From Octopus vulgaris (taxonomy: Eukaryota), in assembly GCA_951406725.2 (NCBI GenBank), contig OX597833.1, positions 58,404,001 through 58,468,000 on the forward strand: a stretch of DNA of 64,000 nt. Direction: 5' to 3'. Below are positions 26,408-39,924 of this stretch, in pieces (positions within the stretch are counted from its first letter, which is position 1; every line of letters begins with the position of its first letter). Made by a program: the position numbers and the translations under genes. The notes under the pieces were generated by a model. The model was not told where the DNA came from and did not search any database. It worked only from the letters and a program-made list of their open reading frames with translations.

Positions 26408-27570
26408 CACTACCCTCTCACACATCTCTCTCTTTCTCTTCCTCTCTCTCTCCCTCCCTCTCTCCCTCCCTTTCTCTCTTTCTCTTCCTCTCTCTCTCCC
26501 TCCCTTTCTCTCTTTCTCTTCCTCTCTCTCTCTCCCTCCCTTTCTCTCTTTCTCTTCCTTTCTTTCTCTTCCTCTCTCTTTCTCTTCCTCTCTCTCTCCC
26601 TCTCTCTTTCTCTTCCTCTCTCTCTCCCTCTCTTTCTCTCTTTCTCTTCCTATCTCTCTCCTTCCTTTCTCTCTCCCTCTCTCTATTTGTCTCATTATAT
26701 GCTTACCCCTCTCTCTGTCCACCTTCAACTCTCCCTCTATCTTTCCCATTCTCTCTTCTATTATTCTCCTACTCTATCTCTATCTCTACCTCAAATACTC
26801 TCTCGGTCTCCATGCTCCTCTCTCTAGTTTTTAACTCTTGTCCTACCACTACATACATTTGACGATTATGTCCACTCCACTGCCCAGTCTTCTCCTCCCC
26901 CCTCTCTCTCTCTCCTCTCTCTCGGTACCGATGCACTAACGTTCTCATATCTACAATATCTATTGGTTGGGTCGTTAACTCTACCAGACTCCTATGTCTG
27001 AGATTTTCACATTAAGTTACTTCTTCGCATATCTACCTTCCATGGATTATATAACTGTCTACACACACACACACACACACACACACAGTCTACTACAGAC
27101 TATGGCCATACATACATACATAGACTCACACACATCATATAGCCACATATCATTCATCTACGATAGTAGTTGGATAATATTAAGGCTGCAACTTATTCAC
27201 ACGCAGCATCTTTCAGAGCTTGTTACTAATTCAGTTCTTAACCAAATTGAAAACCGTTAACATTTTTGAAGAGGACTGGTCCCTGGTTACATTTTGGCAT
27301 TAAAAAATTGAGATTTGGTCCAGTAGAAAAAAAAGTTTACATCAAAATCTTTAGCAACGTTATAGGAGAGTAAGTAGCTCTACCAATCAAGTTTAGATCT
27401 AAATAACTTTTTTATTTTAAAGGCAAAATATATTTATCTTAGCTTCAATGATAGAAGAAAGCATGAAGAATTTTATAGTTTTGGTCCCATGCAGCAAAAA
27501 TTTGTATAAAAAAAGTTGTGAGGTAAAAATATCATGAAAAAAATATAAGTAAAAAAAATATAAAAGATAG

Positions 27571-27975
27571 GGGGCAGGAGTGACTGTGTGGTAAGTAGCT
27601 TGCTAACCAACCACATGGTTCCGGGTTCAGTCCCACTGCGTGGCATCTTGGGCAAGTGTCTTCTGCTGTAGCCTCGGGCTGACCAATGCCTTGTGAGTGG
27701 ATTTGGTAGACGGAAACGGAAAAGAAGCCCGTCGTATATATATATATAAATATGTGCATGTGTGTGTTTGTCCCCCTAGCATTGCTTGACAACCGATGCT
27801 GGTGTGCTTACGTCCCCATCACTTAGCAGTTCGGCAAAAGAGACCGATAGAATAAGTACTGGGCTTACAAAAGAATAAATCCGGGGGTCGAGTTGCTCGA
27901 TTAAAAGCGGTACTCCAGCATGGCTGCAGTCAAATGACTGAAACAAGTAAAAGAGAGTAAAAGAAAAGAGAGTAA
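27571..27975 (+). mobile_element. SINE family 1
   Basis: Full-length match. Confidence 0.85.
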
Positions 27976-28299
27976 GGCAAAAAATTGGATTTAAGTAAAA
28001 TTAACTATTTTATTTTAAAAACAAACTATATCTTAATTAAGCTTAAATGATAGAGCTCAATTTGAGGAATTTAATGGTATCAGTCTCATACAATGAAGTT
28101 TTAAAAGAAAAAGGTTATGAGTGTTTGTTTTGCAAATTTGAGGGTGATAATATAGTTCTATACTTTTTTATGAATATAGTTCTATACGTATCTTTTAATA
28201 TATGTCACCAGCATCATTGAGGTAACGATAAAATTATCAAGGACACTGCTAATTGACAGATTTGACACATTATTAATTAGCAAAATAGAATATATATAC

Positions 28300-28719
28300 A
28301 GGCGCAGGAGTGGCTGTGTGGTAAGTAGCTTGTTTACCAACCACATGGTTCCGGGTTCAGTCCCACTGCGTGGCATCTTGGGCAAGTGTCTTCTACTATA
28401 GCTCCGGGCCGACCAATGCCTTGTGAGTGGATTTGGTAGACGGAAACTGAAAGAAGCTCATCGTATATATGTGTATGTATGTATGTATGTGTGTGTGTAT
28501 ATATTTGTGTGTCTGTGTTTGTCCCCCTAGCATTGCTTGACAACCGATGCTGGTGTGTTTACGTCCCCGTCACTTAGCGGTTCGGCAAAAGAGACCGATT
28601 GAATACGTACTGGGCTTACAGAGGATAAATCCGGGGGTGAATTTGCTCGACTAAAGGCGGTGCTCCAGCATGGCCACAGTCAAATGACTGAAACAAGTAA
28701 AGAGTAAAGAGAGTAAAGA
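28300..28719 (+). mobile_element. SINE family 1
   Basis: Full-length match. Confidence 0.85.
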
Positions 28720-29325
28720 TAGAACCTCTTATTGGAGTGTTGTGTCAGAAGTATAATACCTATTAGAGGGAGACAAAAAGATACATTGTCCCAGGAGCAG
28801 ATAGTGAGAACACTAAATGCATTTCACCGTCCTTGAAGCTTTTCAATTACATGTATTCACAGCCATATACTTAGATGAAATCTCTGTGGTTGTGAATGGA
28901 ATGTCTTGTTGGTCATAGACCTACTGGCTCCGAGCTGACCTTGGTTTAAATGGCAACACCACCAACACCACCACCGATATATCACTTTTCTGAGTGGTTA
29001 CTTAAAGATGGGGGGACAAGGTAACAGGTTCAATGTGTAAATCTATTTATAGGTAAACTGGTGGTATTTAATAGGTTTGGGTGACCCCTCCTCCCTCGAC
29101 ACACACCACCTCCACCAGCAGCTCCATATGAATATAATTACTATTTACCATTTATTTTAATTGTTTTTTTCACAAATTGCATTGCCAATGGCAAGATCAA
29201 AATCTTGGCTTTGCTCATGTGTGTGTATATTTATTTATATACTGTATGTAAGCATGCATACATGCATTTCTCTCTAACAATCCGTCTATCATGTGTGTGT
29301 GTATGCATGTGTGTCTATATATGAG

Positions 29326-30280
29326 AGGTGGTGAGCTGGCACAAACGTTAGCACGCCGGGCGAAGTGCGTAGCCGTATTTCGTCTGCCGTTACGTTCTGG
29401 GTTCAAATTCCGCCGAGGTCGACTTTGCCTTTCATCCTTTCGGGGGTTGATAAATTAAGTACCAGTTACGCACTGGGGTCAATGTAATCGACTTAATCTG
29501 TTTGTCTGTCCTTGTTTGTCCCCTCTGTGTGTAGCCCCTTGTGGGCAGTATAGAAATAGGTATTTCATCTGCCGTTACATTCTGGGTTCAAATTCTGCCG
29601 AGGTCAACTTTGCCTTTCATCCTTTTGGGGGTCGATAAATTAAGTACCAGTTACGCACTGGGATCGATATAATCGACTTAATCCGTTTGTCTGTCCTTGT
29701 TTGTCCCCTCTGTGTGTAGCCCCTTGTGGGCAGTAAAGAAATAGGTATTTCGTCTGCCGTTACGTTCTGAGTTCAAATTCCGCCGAGGGCGACTTTGCCT
29801 TTCATCCTTTCGGGGGTCGATAAATTAAGTACTAGTTACGCACTGGGGTCAATGTAATTGACTTAATCCGTTTGTCTGTCCTTGTTTGTACCCTCTGTGT
29901 GTAGCCCCTTGTGGATAGTAAAGAAATAAGTATTTCATCTGCCGCTACGTTCCGAGTTAAAATTCGGCTGAGGTCAACTTTGCCTTTTATTATTTCGGAG
30001 TCGATAAATTTAACTACCAGTTACGCACTGGGGTCCATATAATCGACGTTTGTCTGTCCTTGTTTGCACCCTCTGTGTTTAGCCCCTTGTGGGTAGTAAA
30101 GAAATATGTATTTCATCTATTATGAGTTCAAATTCCGCTGTGGTCGACTTTGCCTTTCATCCTTTCGGGGGTCGATAAATTAAGTACCAGTTACGCACTG
30201 GGGTCGATGTAATCGACTTAATCCGTTTGTCCTTGTTTGTACCCTCTGTGTTTAGCCCCTTGTGGGTAGTAAAGAAAATA
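29326..30280 (+). mobile_element. SINE family 2 pentameric concatemer
   Basis: One head plus units starting at 29562, 29747, 29932 and 30110 (period ~185 bp). Confidence 0.88.
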
Positions 30281-30299
30281 TATATATATATATATATAT

Positions 30300-30330
<31 letters not shown>

Positions 30331-30634
30331 CTGCAGGTGTGTAAGAAAAACAATAATAATAATAAAAGAAAATTGAGGAAAAATAATAATAATAATAATA
30401 ATAACAATAACAACAAGAACAGCTGAAGCCAGTGTAAGAATACAAACTCCAATTAAAGCTTTACAAAAATATAAGCCAAAATCCAACAGAAAGAGAGGAA
30501 AAAAAATAGTGTTTAAAATAGGAATTTTATACCAACAAATACAGCTTCCTTACTTCCCTCCTTTCTCTCTTCCTTTCTTTCTACCCCCCCACCCCCATCC
30601 ACCTCTTTTTCTCTGTTTTTGTTTGTCATCTCAG

Positions 30635-30685
30635 ATAACAAAATAAGTTTTAGCTGCTGCCCTGGAAGGGTGAGAGGAATTGTAG
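30635..30685 (+). other. Candidate non-coding 5'UTR exon of the MCT gene
   Basis: About 90 nt pyrimidine-rich tract ending tttgtcatctcAG, 51 nt, then AG|gtgagt donor, in non-repeat sequence. Coding exon 1 starts with an acceptor, so an upstream exon must exist somewhere. Confidence 0.25.
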
Positions 30686-30921
30686 GTGAGTGTAGTGGCG
30701 GGTGGGGGGATATTTTTCTGTATTTTTTTTTTGTTTTTTTTTTATTATTATTTCAATTTACACATTTGATTTTTTGTTTTTTTTTCTAAGTAAACTAGTT
30801 TCTTTATTTAGGCAGAAGGCCAGTTGTTGTTGTTAAGTTAATTTCTTTCATAAAGAACTGTGTATGAGGTAGGAGATGGTGCAGGTAGGAGCAAAGTAAT
30901 TTGAATAAAAAAAAAAAACGC

Positions 30922-31347
30922 GAATCTTTCCTGTTTGAACGGCAGTTTTTTAAAATAATTTCCACGTAACTAAAAAATTTTAAACTTCCTATACTGGTAG
31001 AATGTGTTTATAAAACATCTTTTTTCTCTTGGCTTTCTTAAGAAAATTCTATAGTTTGTAAGACATTTGTTGTTGTTTTTTTCTTCAATTTCTGCAATTT
31101 CAACCAATCACTGACGTCTATTGAGGTAAAAAACATTCTGTGCCGTATGAATATGTCCCTCGTTTAAGAAACAGATTGGGTTTATTTACATTTGTGAAGA
31201 AAAAAAGATACCCTTCCCCCCACCCCTAACTAACCCTAACCCTAAAACAGATTGAAATGCAATAGATCGATTCTAGGGTCATAATTATGGGTGACAATTT
31301 CATATGACACCGCTAGAAAAAAACTGCCGGTCAAACCGAAAAGATCC
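30922..31347 (-). mobile_element. GGATC-TIR MITE
   Basis: Both TIRs present; flanks AAAAACGC / AAAAAAGC (8-bp TSD, one mismatch). Confidence 0.85.
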
Positions 31348-31608
31348 AAAAAAGCTCTCTTGATCCTCAAAGTACCACTGGTAGTATAGTTGTTGTTGCT
31401 GTTTAAACTCGGATCAGCTCTGATCGACCAGATCACACCTAGCCTATATCTATGATTCAAGGCATTCCAATTCTGACCTTCCTGTCTTAACTGGATAAAC
31501 TATGCTTGCAAAATATAAAAAGAAAGAAAATCCAACTGATGGAATGTCTTTTGACCTTAGACCTGATCATCTTTTATCAGGCATAATGGCATAATTTATG
31601 TGTATGTG

Positions 31609-31832
31609 TATGGGGGCGCTGAAAAGTTCCTGGTTTTAAGGGTATCATGAAAGGCCTAGTTGGAAGGGCCCAATCTTCTGAGTTCTTTAACAGGGCTTAG
31701 AAAAACTGAAGGGCCACTTCAATAAATGTGTGAACCTGAGAGGTGGGTAATATGGTGAATATAATCATAATTAACTGATCCTCCTGTATTTTCTTTTACC
31801 CAAAGCCAGGAACTTTTCAACACCCCTTTGTA
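31609..31832. mobile_element. Tc1/mariner-type MITE
   Basis: TIR ggggg.gctgaaaagttcctgg / ccaggaacttttcaacacccc with TA flanks; further copies at ~38987-39710 and ~54477-54695. Confidence 0.7.
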
Positions 31833-31861
31833 AGATTATGGTATTGAACATGTATTCAACA

Positions 31862-32280
31862 AGGTGGTGAGCTGGCAGAAACGTTAGCACACCGGGCGAA
31901 ATGCTTAGCAGTATTTCGTCTGCCGCTCCGTTCTGAGTTCAAATTCCGCCAGGGTCGACTTTGCTTTTCATCCTTATGGGTTCGATAAATTAAGTACCAG
32001 TTACGCACTGGGGTCGATATAATCGACTTAATCCATTTGTCTGTCCTTGTTTCTCCTCTCTGTGTTTAGCTCCTTGTGGGTAGTAAAGAAATAGGTATTT
32101 CGTCTGCCGCTACGTTCTGAGTTCAAATTCTGCCGAGGTCAACTTTGCCTTTCATCCTTTCAGGGTCGATAAACTAAGTACCAGTTACGCACTGGGGTCG
32201 ATATAATCGACTTTATCCGTTTTTCTGTCCTTGTTTGTCCTCTCTGTGTTTAGACCCTTGTGGGTAGTAAAGAAATAGGT
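31862..32280 (+). mobile_element. SINE family 2 dimer with TSD
   Basis: Junction at 32096/32097; GTATTCAACA at 31852-31861 and 32279-32288. Confidence 0.85.
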
Positions 32281-32454
32281 ATTCAACATGTCCTTCCTCT
32301 TTTTAAGATGCTAGAATTTAATCTGAGGGGTGCTTTGGCTGCTGTTTCTAGCATGTAGAGAACCTCAATACTGGATCGACATTATTTGTTCTACTCGCTT
32401 CGTTTATTGGACTGCAGCTATATTGGGGTCCTGCCTTGAAGGGTTTAATTAAAA

Positions 32455-32655
32455 CTTGCTTCCCCGGGCATGGGACACATTGAAGCTCCAACATCTGGCA
32501 ACTGACTTGGTCGACGCCCATAAGATTATCCACCATCTTTCCAACAACAACTTTGGGCACCATTTTGAATTCCATATGTTTAACACTGGTGGTAATGCCT
32601 ACAACATCAAAGCAATACCACCCATGACTTTTGGAAACATTCATGCTCAGGATTG
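32455..32655 (+). mobile_element. Decayed CR1-type LINE 3' end
   Basis: TLKLQHLATDLVDAHKII...FNTGGNAYNI resembles the CR1 pattern TL..RR...DL...KI...TRGH.YK. Confidence 0.45.
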
Positions 32656-33034
32656 CTGAAGCGTAAAATAAATTATCATACTTTTGCACTTCAGGGTGTT
32701 TTGTTACAAGAGACTTACCATCAGTCTTTCTTTTTTTTTTTTTTTCTCCATGACTTCTTCAGTATTCACTTCTTGTGCATATTCAGTCCACTGGTGACAG
32801 GAAGGGCATCCAACCATAAAAAACAAACAATCTGATCTGGCAGAGTTTCTACAGCTGGATGCACTTCCTAACGCCAACCACTCCAAAAGTGTAGTGGGTG
32901 CTTTAACAAATAAGATGAAGAGAAATACCCATCAAATGTAAATAATGTACATAATTCCTCATCTCTGAAATATAGAACATTATTAGAAATTGTTTCAAAA
33001 AAATTGTTAAAATATTTTGTGAATTATAGAAGTA

Positions 33035-33418
33035 CTAGCAGTATCGCCCGGCGTTGCTCAGGTTTGTAAGGGAAATAACTATAAAGCATTTTTAGAGAGT
33101 TATAGCCAAAAAATAGCAAAAAAATGGGAAAAAAATGATGGTAAATTTTTTTTGAGAGTTAAAAAAGGTGGAGTTGCGTCCCCTAGACGGTCTGTGGTTT
33201 GGGTTTCTGATTCTCGACCCCATATCGAATTTATCGATTTTTTTCAGAACTGGGGGAACTTTTCAAAATTTTCGCTGCGTTAGTTTGGAATTATGACATT
33301 GGGCTATGTGTGTGTCAAGTTTCATCAGAATCGGTTGAAAGCCGTGGTCAGAGTGAGGGTACGAGAAAACAGACACACAGAAAACGCACAGACAAACTGC
33401 CATTTATATAGAGAGAGA
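33035..33418 (-). mobile_element. Non-autonomous Helitron
   Basis: Same 3' hairpin and CTAG end as 8694; A|TC start; different interior. Confidence 0.8.
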
Positions 33419-33430
33419 TAACCGTTATAT

Positions 33431-33833
33431 TACTCTTTTACTCTTTTACTTGTTTCAGTCATTTGACTGCGGCCATGCTGGAGCACTGCCTTTAATCGAG
33501 CAACTCGACCCCGGGACTTATTCTTTTTGTAAGCCCAGTACTTATTCTATCGGTCTCTTTTGCCGAACCGCTAGGTAGCAGGGACATAAACACACCAGCA
33601 TCGGTTGTCAAGCAATGCTAGAGGGACAAACACAGACACACAAACACACACATGCATATATACATATATACGACGGGCTTCTTTTCAGTTTCCGTCTACC
33701 AAATCCACTCACAAGGCTTTGGTCGGCCCGAGGCTATAGTAGAAGACACTTGCCCAAGGTGCCACGCAGTGGGACTGAACCCGGAACCATGTGGTTGGTT
33801 AGCAAGCTACTTACCACACAGCCACTCCTACGC
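33431..33833 (-). mobile_element. SINE family 1
   Basis: Full-length reverse-complement match. Confidence 0.85.
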
Positions 33834-34277
33834 CTATATTGCGAATAAATTTTAACAACAAAATCTTATGTGGACCCTGGGTTGAGAACCATTGCTGTAT
33901 CTGAAAATGATAGGATGGTCACGGTTGGAACATCCTTGTTTAAGGTTGACCTGGTGCTAAATAACAACTTCATGCACACAACCCAGCAAAAGAGCTTCTA
34001 TGTGGTCACATGGCCTACTAGAAATAGCAGTGATATCTTCCTGAAGTCTTACACTACCATCTTAAGATTAAAAACGACACATTGAATAATATAGTCTTAG
34101 GTACATCACACCTGGAAAACAAAGATGGAATAGTCATAACTGGAATGTCTTTGATCATAGGTCTGCTTGAATTATATTATCCAGTATGTTTTTTGGTTTT
34201 TTTTAAGACTCTAGGATTTGATGAGGGAATTTTTGCTGCTATTTCTTGCAGATCAACTGACTCCCAAAGTAAAATCC

Positions 34278-34873
34278 TTTACTCTTTTATTTGTTTCAGT
34301 CATGTGACTGTGGCCTTTCTGGAGCACCGCTTTTAGTCGAGCAAATTGACCCTAGGACTTATTCTTTGTAAGCCTAGTACTTATTCTATTGGTCTCTTTT
34401 GCCGAACCGCTAAGTTACGGGGACGTAAACACACCAGCATCGATTGTCAAGTGATGATAGGGGGACAAACACAGACACACAAACACACACACACATACAT
34501 ATACATATATATATATATATACGACGGGCTTCTTTCAGTTTCCATCTACCAAATCCACTCACAAGGCTTTGGTTGGCCTGAAGCTATTAGTAGAAGACAC
34601 TTGCCCAAGGTATCACTCAGTGGGACTGAACCCAGAACCATGTGGTTGGTAAGCAAGCTACTTACCACACAGCCACTCCTGTAGACACTCATACATATAT
34701 ACATATATACGACGGGCTTCTTTCAGTTTCCATCTACCAAATCCACTCACAAGGCTTTGGTCAGCCTGAGGTTATAGTAGAAGACACTTGCCCAAGGTGC
34801 CACGCAGTGGGACTGAACCCGGAACCATATGGTTGGTAAGCAAGCTACTTACCACACAGCCACTCCTACGCCT
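34278..34873 (-). mobile_element. SINE family 1 with duplicated head
   Basis: Head segment present twice (~34520-34680 and ~34708-34873). Confidence 0.8.
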
Positions 34874-36200
34874 TTTAATAATTATTGTTTAGCCTTGGGT
34901 CAACTCTGATCAGGCAGATGACCCATAATCAAAGGCATTCACATTGTTCAATGTGTCCTTCTCTTTTTAAAGCAGTAGGGTGTGATTTGAGGGAGATTTG
35001 GCTGCCGTTTCTATTTCAAGATAAGAAAAACAAAAATTACGATGGTGACCCTGGTGTAATATGAACTTGCAGTCAGAATATATTTGTCCCGACTGAGGCA
35101 ATGTAGCATTTAATGTAGAAGCCTGCTGCCAAACCTACGAATGTTCTTCCCAACCCGACCCACTTCGAAATTGTTCTATGACACATTTTCTGGGTTTATG
35201 TAATTTGCATGCTCAATAAATGTGGGTGGGTTTGGGAGAGACTTAGCCCCCCACCAAGCAATAAGCTACAGAAGCTATTCAAGGTACTAGGATTTTGTTT
35301 TAATGTATGTATCAGATAAGGGCAATGACCCCAAAATTCTAGGCCTTTTCATCAGCCCTGCAACTTCTTAGCTAAGAAAAATTTGCGCGCGTGTGTTTGT
35401 GTATGTGTGTCTGTGTGTGTGTGTTTTTGTGTGTGTGTGTGTTTTGTGTGTGTGTGTGTGTGTATGTGTTTTTGTGTGTGTGTCTTTGTGTGTGTGTGTG
35501 TGTTTTCGTGTGTGTGTTTGTGTGTGTGTACAGTTAGAATAGATGTGTGGTGTGTGTGCTTTTGAGATTTAATATGTATTTACACACACTTGAATTGACA
35601 TTATTCTCAGTTTAGCTGTATATATATGCTTAGAGAACCCAAGAAAAAAACAAACAAAACAGTCCTCATGTTGTAAACAAACCCAAATTTTGTGTTTACA
35701 TACATACACACACACACACATGTACATATACATACATATATTTATACGCGCGCACATGTAAATTGTGTGTGTGTGTGTGTGTGTGTGTGTAGAAACCCAG
35801 TATAGGTCTATGCGGAAGTATGTTTATATGCATAGTGCAAATGTATAACCTTACATTGCTATACACTACGTGTATACACATGCCCACACTTTCTCTCTCA
35901 CACACACATATACACACATGCACACACTTTCTTTCTCTCTCTTTCTCTGTCTGTTTGTCTCTCTCTCACACACACACACATGCACACTCTTTCTCTCTCT
36001 CTCTCTCTCTCTCACACACATACACACACTTTCTCTCTCTCTCTCTCTCATACACACACACACACACACATACACACATGCACACACTTTCTCTCTCTCT
36101 CTCTTTCTGTGTCTGTCTGTCTGTCTCTCTCTCTTTCTCTGTCTGTCTGTCTGTCTATCTGTTTCTCTCTCCTCTCTTTCTCCGTCTCTCTCTCTCTCTC

Positions 36201-36234
<34 letters not shown>

Positions 36235-36391
36235 CCTGTGTTGAGATGTTGTTTACAAACAACTGATGGCTGAGCTCTGTTGCCTTGAAAGGTTCAAATT
36301 ACACAAGTGTCATGTGCGCTGTCGTCATCGTTGACTCCACTTCTCCATCGGGAAGTAAGAGAAATTACAGCTTACCAACAATTTAATGTCC

Positions 36392-36429
<38 letters not shown>

Positions 36430-36481
36430 TCTCTCTGCCTCTCACATTATGTATACCACTCCCTCTCTTTACATAGATAAT

Positions 36482-36513
<32 letters not shown>

Positions 36514-36574
36514 GCATACATGCTCGCACACACTTGTATTTGTAGGCACCAATATTTATGGGTGTGTATGAGTA

Positions 36575-36614
<40 letters not shown>

Positions 36615-36716
36615 CATGCACACACATGCATATGTGTGTACTTATATACATATAAGATGGTGAGTTGGCTGAATTGTTAGAACATCAAAAACTAGGAATG
36701 TATATATAATATAAAT

Positions 36717-36768
<52 letters not shown>

Positions 36769-37873
36769 TCATATGCATTCACTACACAGTTCTCTCTCTG
36801 ATAAACTGTTTCCTCTATCTATCTCTCCCTCTCCTTTTCTCTCTCTCTCTATTTCTCTCCCCTCCTTTCTTTTGTTCTTATTCCATTGTCATTCCTTCAT
36901 TTCTCTCTTTTTTTCTTCTCACTACTCCCCCTCTCTCTCTTTTATTCACCCCCCCTCTTGCTCTCTTATATCCATTATCCTCTATCTCTCTCTCTCTCCT
37001 GCCATCACTGTCTGTAGTGCACATGTACCACATTTGCCTCTCAGCTTTGATACTTTAAATCGTGCACATGCAGTACATATATCCACCTTTACATTCTCAT
37101 GCACATACTTGCACTCTCCCGCGGCTATCATAAAGTCATGCTCAGTTTGGCAAAAGCTTAGCAAATGGATTCAAGAGGGGCATTCAGCTCAGCAGTGGAT
37201 CACATTTTGCAGGTTATTTCTGCTTAGCAAATCATATCATCAATATCTCTTTATCTCTTGTCTTGCTTTTATAGGTGAGAGATGAGGGATTTGTATTCTT
37301 CATCTCTCACCTACAAAGAGAACAGTAGCTTATACTCCTTCTTGGAACCCACTCAGCTTTTCCTAACAGTTTCTGTTTTTTTTTTTCTTTAAATGCTCAC
37401 ATGACACTTAGAAGACAAACAGCCACAGCAAGTCACCACAGTTCAATAATCATGTGCATGCAAACCAGCTATTGACATAATTACTCACACAAGATACACT
37501 GTTCATTTCCTATCACTCCTACACCACCCATACACACTACTGCAATTCAGCATGCACACACATTCACAGTCAAATACATAAATTCATGTCAAATTCATGC
37601 ACACACATACATGGGAGAGAAACAGCAGCTATACACATGAAATCAGCATTCACCCACACAAAAACACACTCAATACCAGACACACATAAATACACACACA
37701 CACACAGCTGTCTACCTATATGCAAAAAATACATTCTCATGCACACCATCAATGTATTCAACAGCTGACACATAAACATGATCATTACTACTCTTTGTGA
37801 ACCCTTCTATGTTGGTCACCACTTTCTTTTTCCTCTCACTACCATCTCGCCCCCAAAATCTGTAAATGCAAGT

Positions 37874-38175
37874 TGTTTGTTCCTTCTCGAGCCATGCCTG
37901 ACTCATAAGGGCCGGCTTCCTGGTTTCTTGGCGTATAGGTTCCCCACCTGGACGGGACGCCGGTCCATCGCAGATGAGCTGCAAGATGCAGGAGGAAAGA
38001 GTGAGAGAAAGTTGTGGCGAAAGAGTCAGCAGAAGTTCGCCATTACCTTCTGCTGGAGCCGCATGGAGCTTAGGTGTTTCGCTCATAAACACACACATCG
38101 TCCGGTCTGAGATTCAAACCCATGATCCCTTGACCGCATGTCTGCTGATCTAACCACTAGGCCATGTGCCTCCAC
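37874..38175 (-). mobile_element. SINE family 3 variant with 10-bp TSD
   Basis: AAATGCAAGT at 37864-37873 and 38176-38185. Confidence 0.8.
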
Positions 38176-39125
38176 AAATGCAAGTGGATTAATTAGTGTC
38201 TTTTTCTTTTCTTTTTTTTATTTCTTTTCCTTCGTTCATTCAATATCAAATTTATGTAACATTTTATTGTGCTATTCCTTGTCTGTTATATATACAAATA
38301 AACATTGACACATCAAATGAGTTGACATTTTCTTAGAAATCAAGAAATTTTCAGTCACAGGAGAACAGCTGAGAAAAATACTCCTAGAGACGGAAAAAAG
38401 TGGCCAACAGCTGCTTCAGATAATCACACTCTGTAGTGGCTGCTGGCCATACTTTACCATCTATAGACGTATTTTTACCAAATTTTCCAAAGCTATTTTC
38501 ATAACTATTCTCATGTGTTCGAGATTTTCCTAATTTCTTAGAATATACATATACATCATATATCATCAACATCATTTAATGTCCGTTTTCGATGCTAGCA
38601 TGGGTTGGACGATTTGACTGAGGTCTGGCGAACCAGACTCCAATCTGATCTGGCAGATTTTCTACAGCTGTATGCCCTTCCTAATGCCAACCACTCCGAG
38701 AGTGTAGTGTGTGCTTTTACGTGCCAGTTTGGTGGTACTGGCAATAGCCAGGTCCAAATGGTGCTTTTTACAGCCACCTGCACAGGAGCCAGTCCAGCGG
38801 CACTGGCGACGTCCTCGCTCAAATGTTTCACGTGCCACCAGCACAAGTGCTTGTAAAGCGACGCAGTAACGATCACGCTGGAATGGTGTGCTTAATGTAC
38901 CAGCCATCTGGTTCGCCAGTCCTCAGTCAAATCGTCCAACCTATGCTAACATGGAAAGCAGACGTTAAATGATGATGATGATGATATACAAGGGAGTGCT
39001 GCAAAGTTCCTGGCTTTAAGAGTATCACGAAAGGTCTGGCTGGAGGCCCAGCCTTCTGAGTTCTTTCACTGGCCTAGAAAAACTGGATGACTGCTGCAAT
39101 AAGTATGTGATCTGAGAGGGGAATA

Positions 39126-39630
39126 TCTATATATATAAAACTCAACTTGTGTGTCTGTGTGTGTTTCTGTGTGTGTGTCTGTGTGTTTAACTTCCCGGCA
39201 CATCTCCTCCTAGCCAACAAATCATAGAACCACCAAAACTGGGTCACTTAAAGTTCAATGAAAATTGAACTGCGCTATTTCTGTTCCGAAATTCATCTCG
39301 CCAGTGTAAAAATCTATAATGTGTTTGTTTAGGCCTTATCCCATGCATTGAATAGTGAACTTTACTCAGTCAGCTGTTTGACGTGAACTGTGTTCACCAC
39401 GCGTGCAAGCATGCGTAAATTGCATGAAAAATAAAAAAATCAAGATATAAAAACGAATTGCCGTAAACATTGTAGAAATTCGGCAAAGAAATGAATTTTC
39501 GGGATGTAGCCTGGAGGGTTTTTTCGTATTAATCGTTTGGACTTTGTGAACACATACCAATTGTTTTCATAACATTTTTAACGCTTTGAATTAAATGTGA
39601 CCATTTTGCAAAGCCGGGCAATACTGCTAG
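39126..39630 (+). mobile_element. Non-autonomous Helitron nested in a mariner-type MITE
   Basis: A|TCTATATATATAAAA...gccgggcaatactgCTAG|T; removing it rejoins the MITE (gaggggaata|tgttgaataaaatc). Confidence 0.8.
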
Positions 39631-39924
39631 TGTTGAATAAAATCATAATTAATTGGTCCTCTTCTATTTTCATTTAACCCAAGGGCCAGGAACTTTTCAA
39701 CCCCCACCCCATTCATATATATATATGTGTGTGTGTGTGTGTGAGGGGTTATGTACCTATTCTCTTTTTTGCCTTTGCTCCTTTTTAAAAAATATGTTAA
39801 TCTTTATTTTTTTTTCTTATTTGTTACAGGTGTGACCTAGGTGTGTGGCAGCCCCGACCCCTCCCTCACTGGTCAATCTGGCTTCCGAGCTGGACCCTAT
39901 ACATCACGTTATCGGAGTCAGAAG

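Noticed and set aside
29326-30280. CRISPR-like or retrozyme interpretation of the regular array
   Set aside because: There are no unique spacers, the context is eukaryotic, and the unit has no CUGANGA core on either strand.
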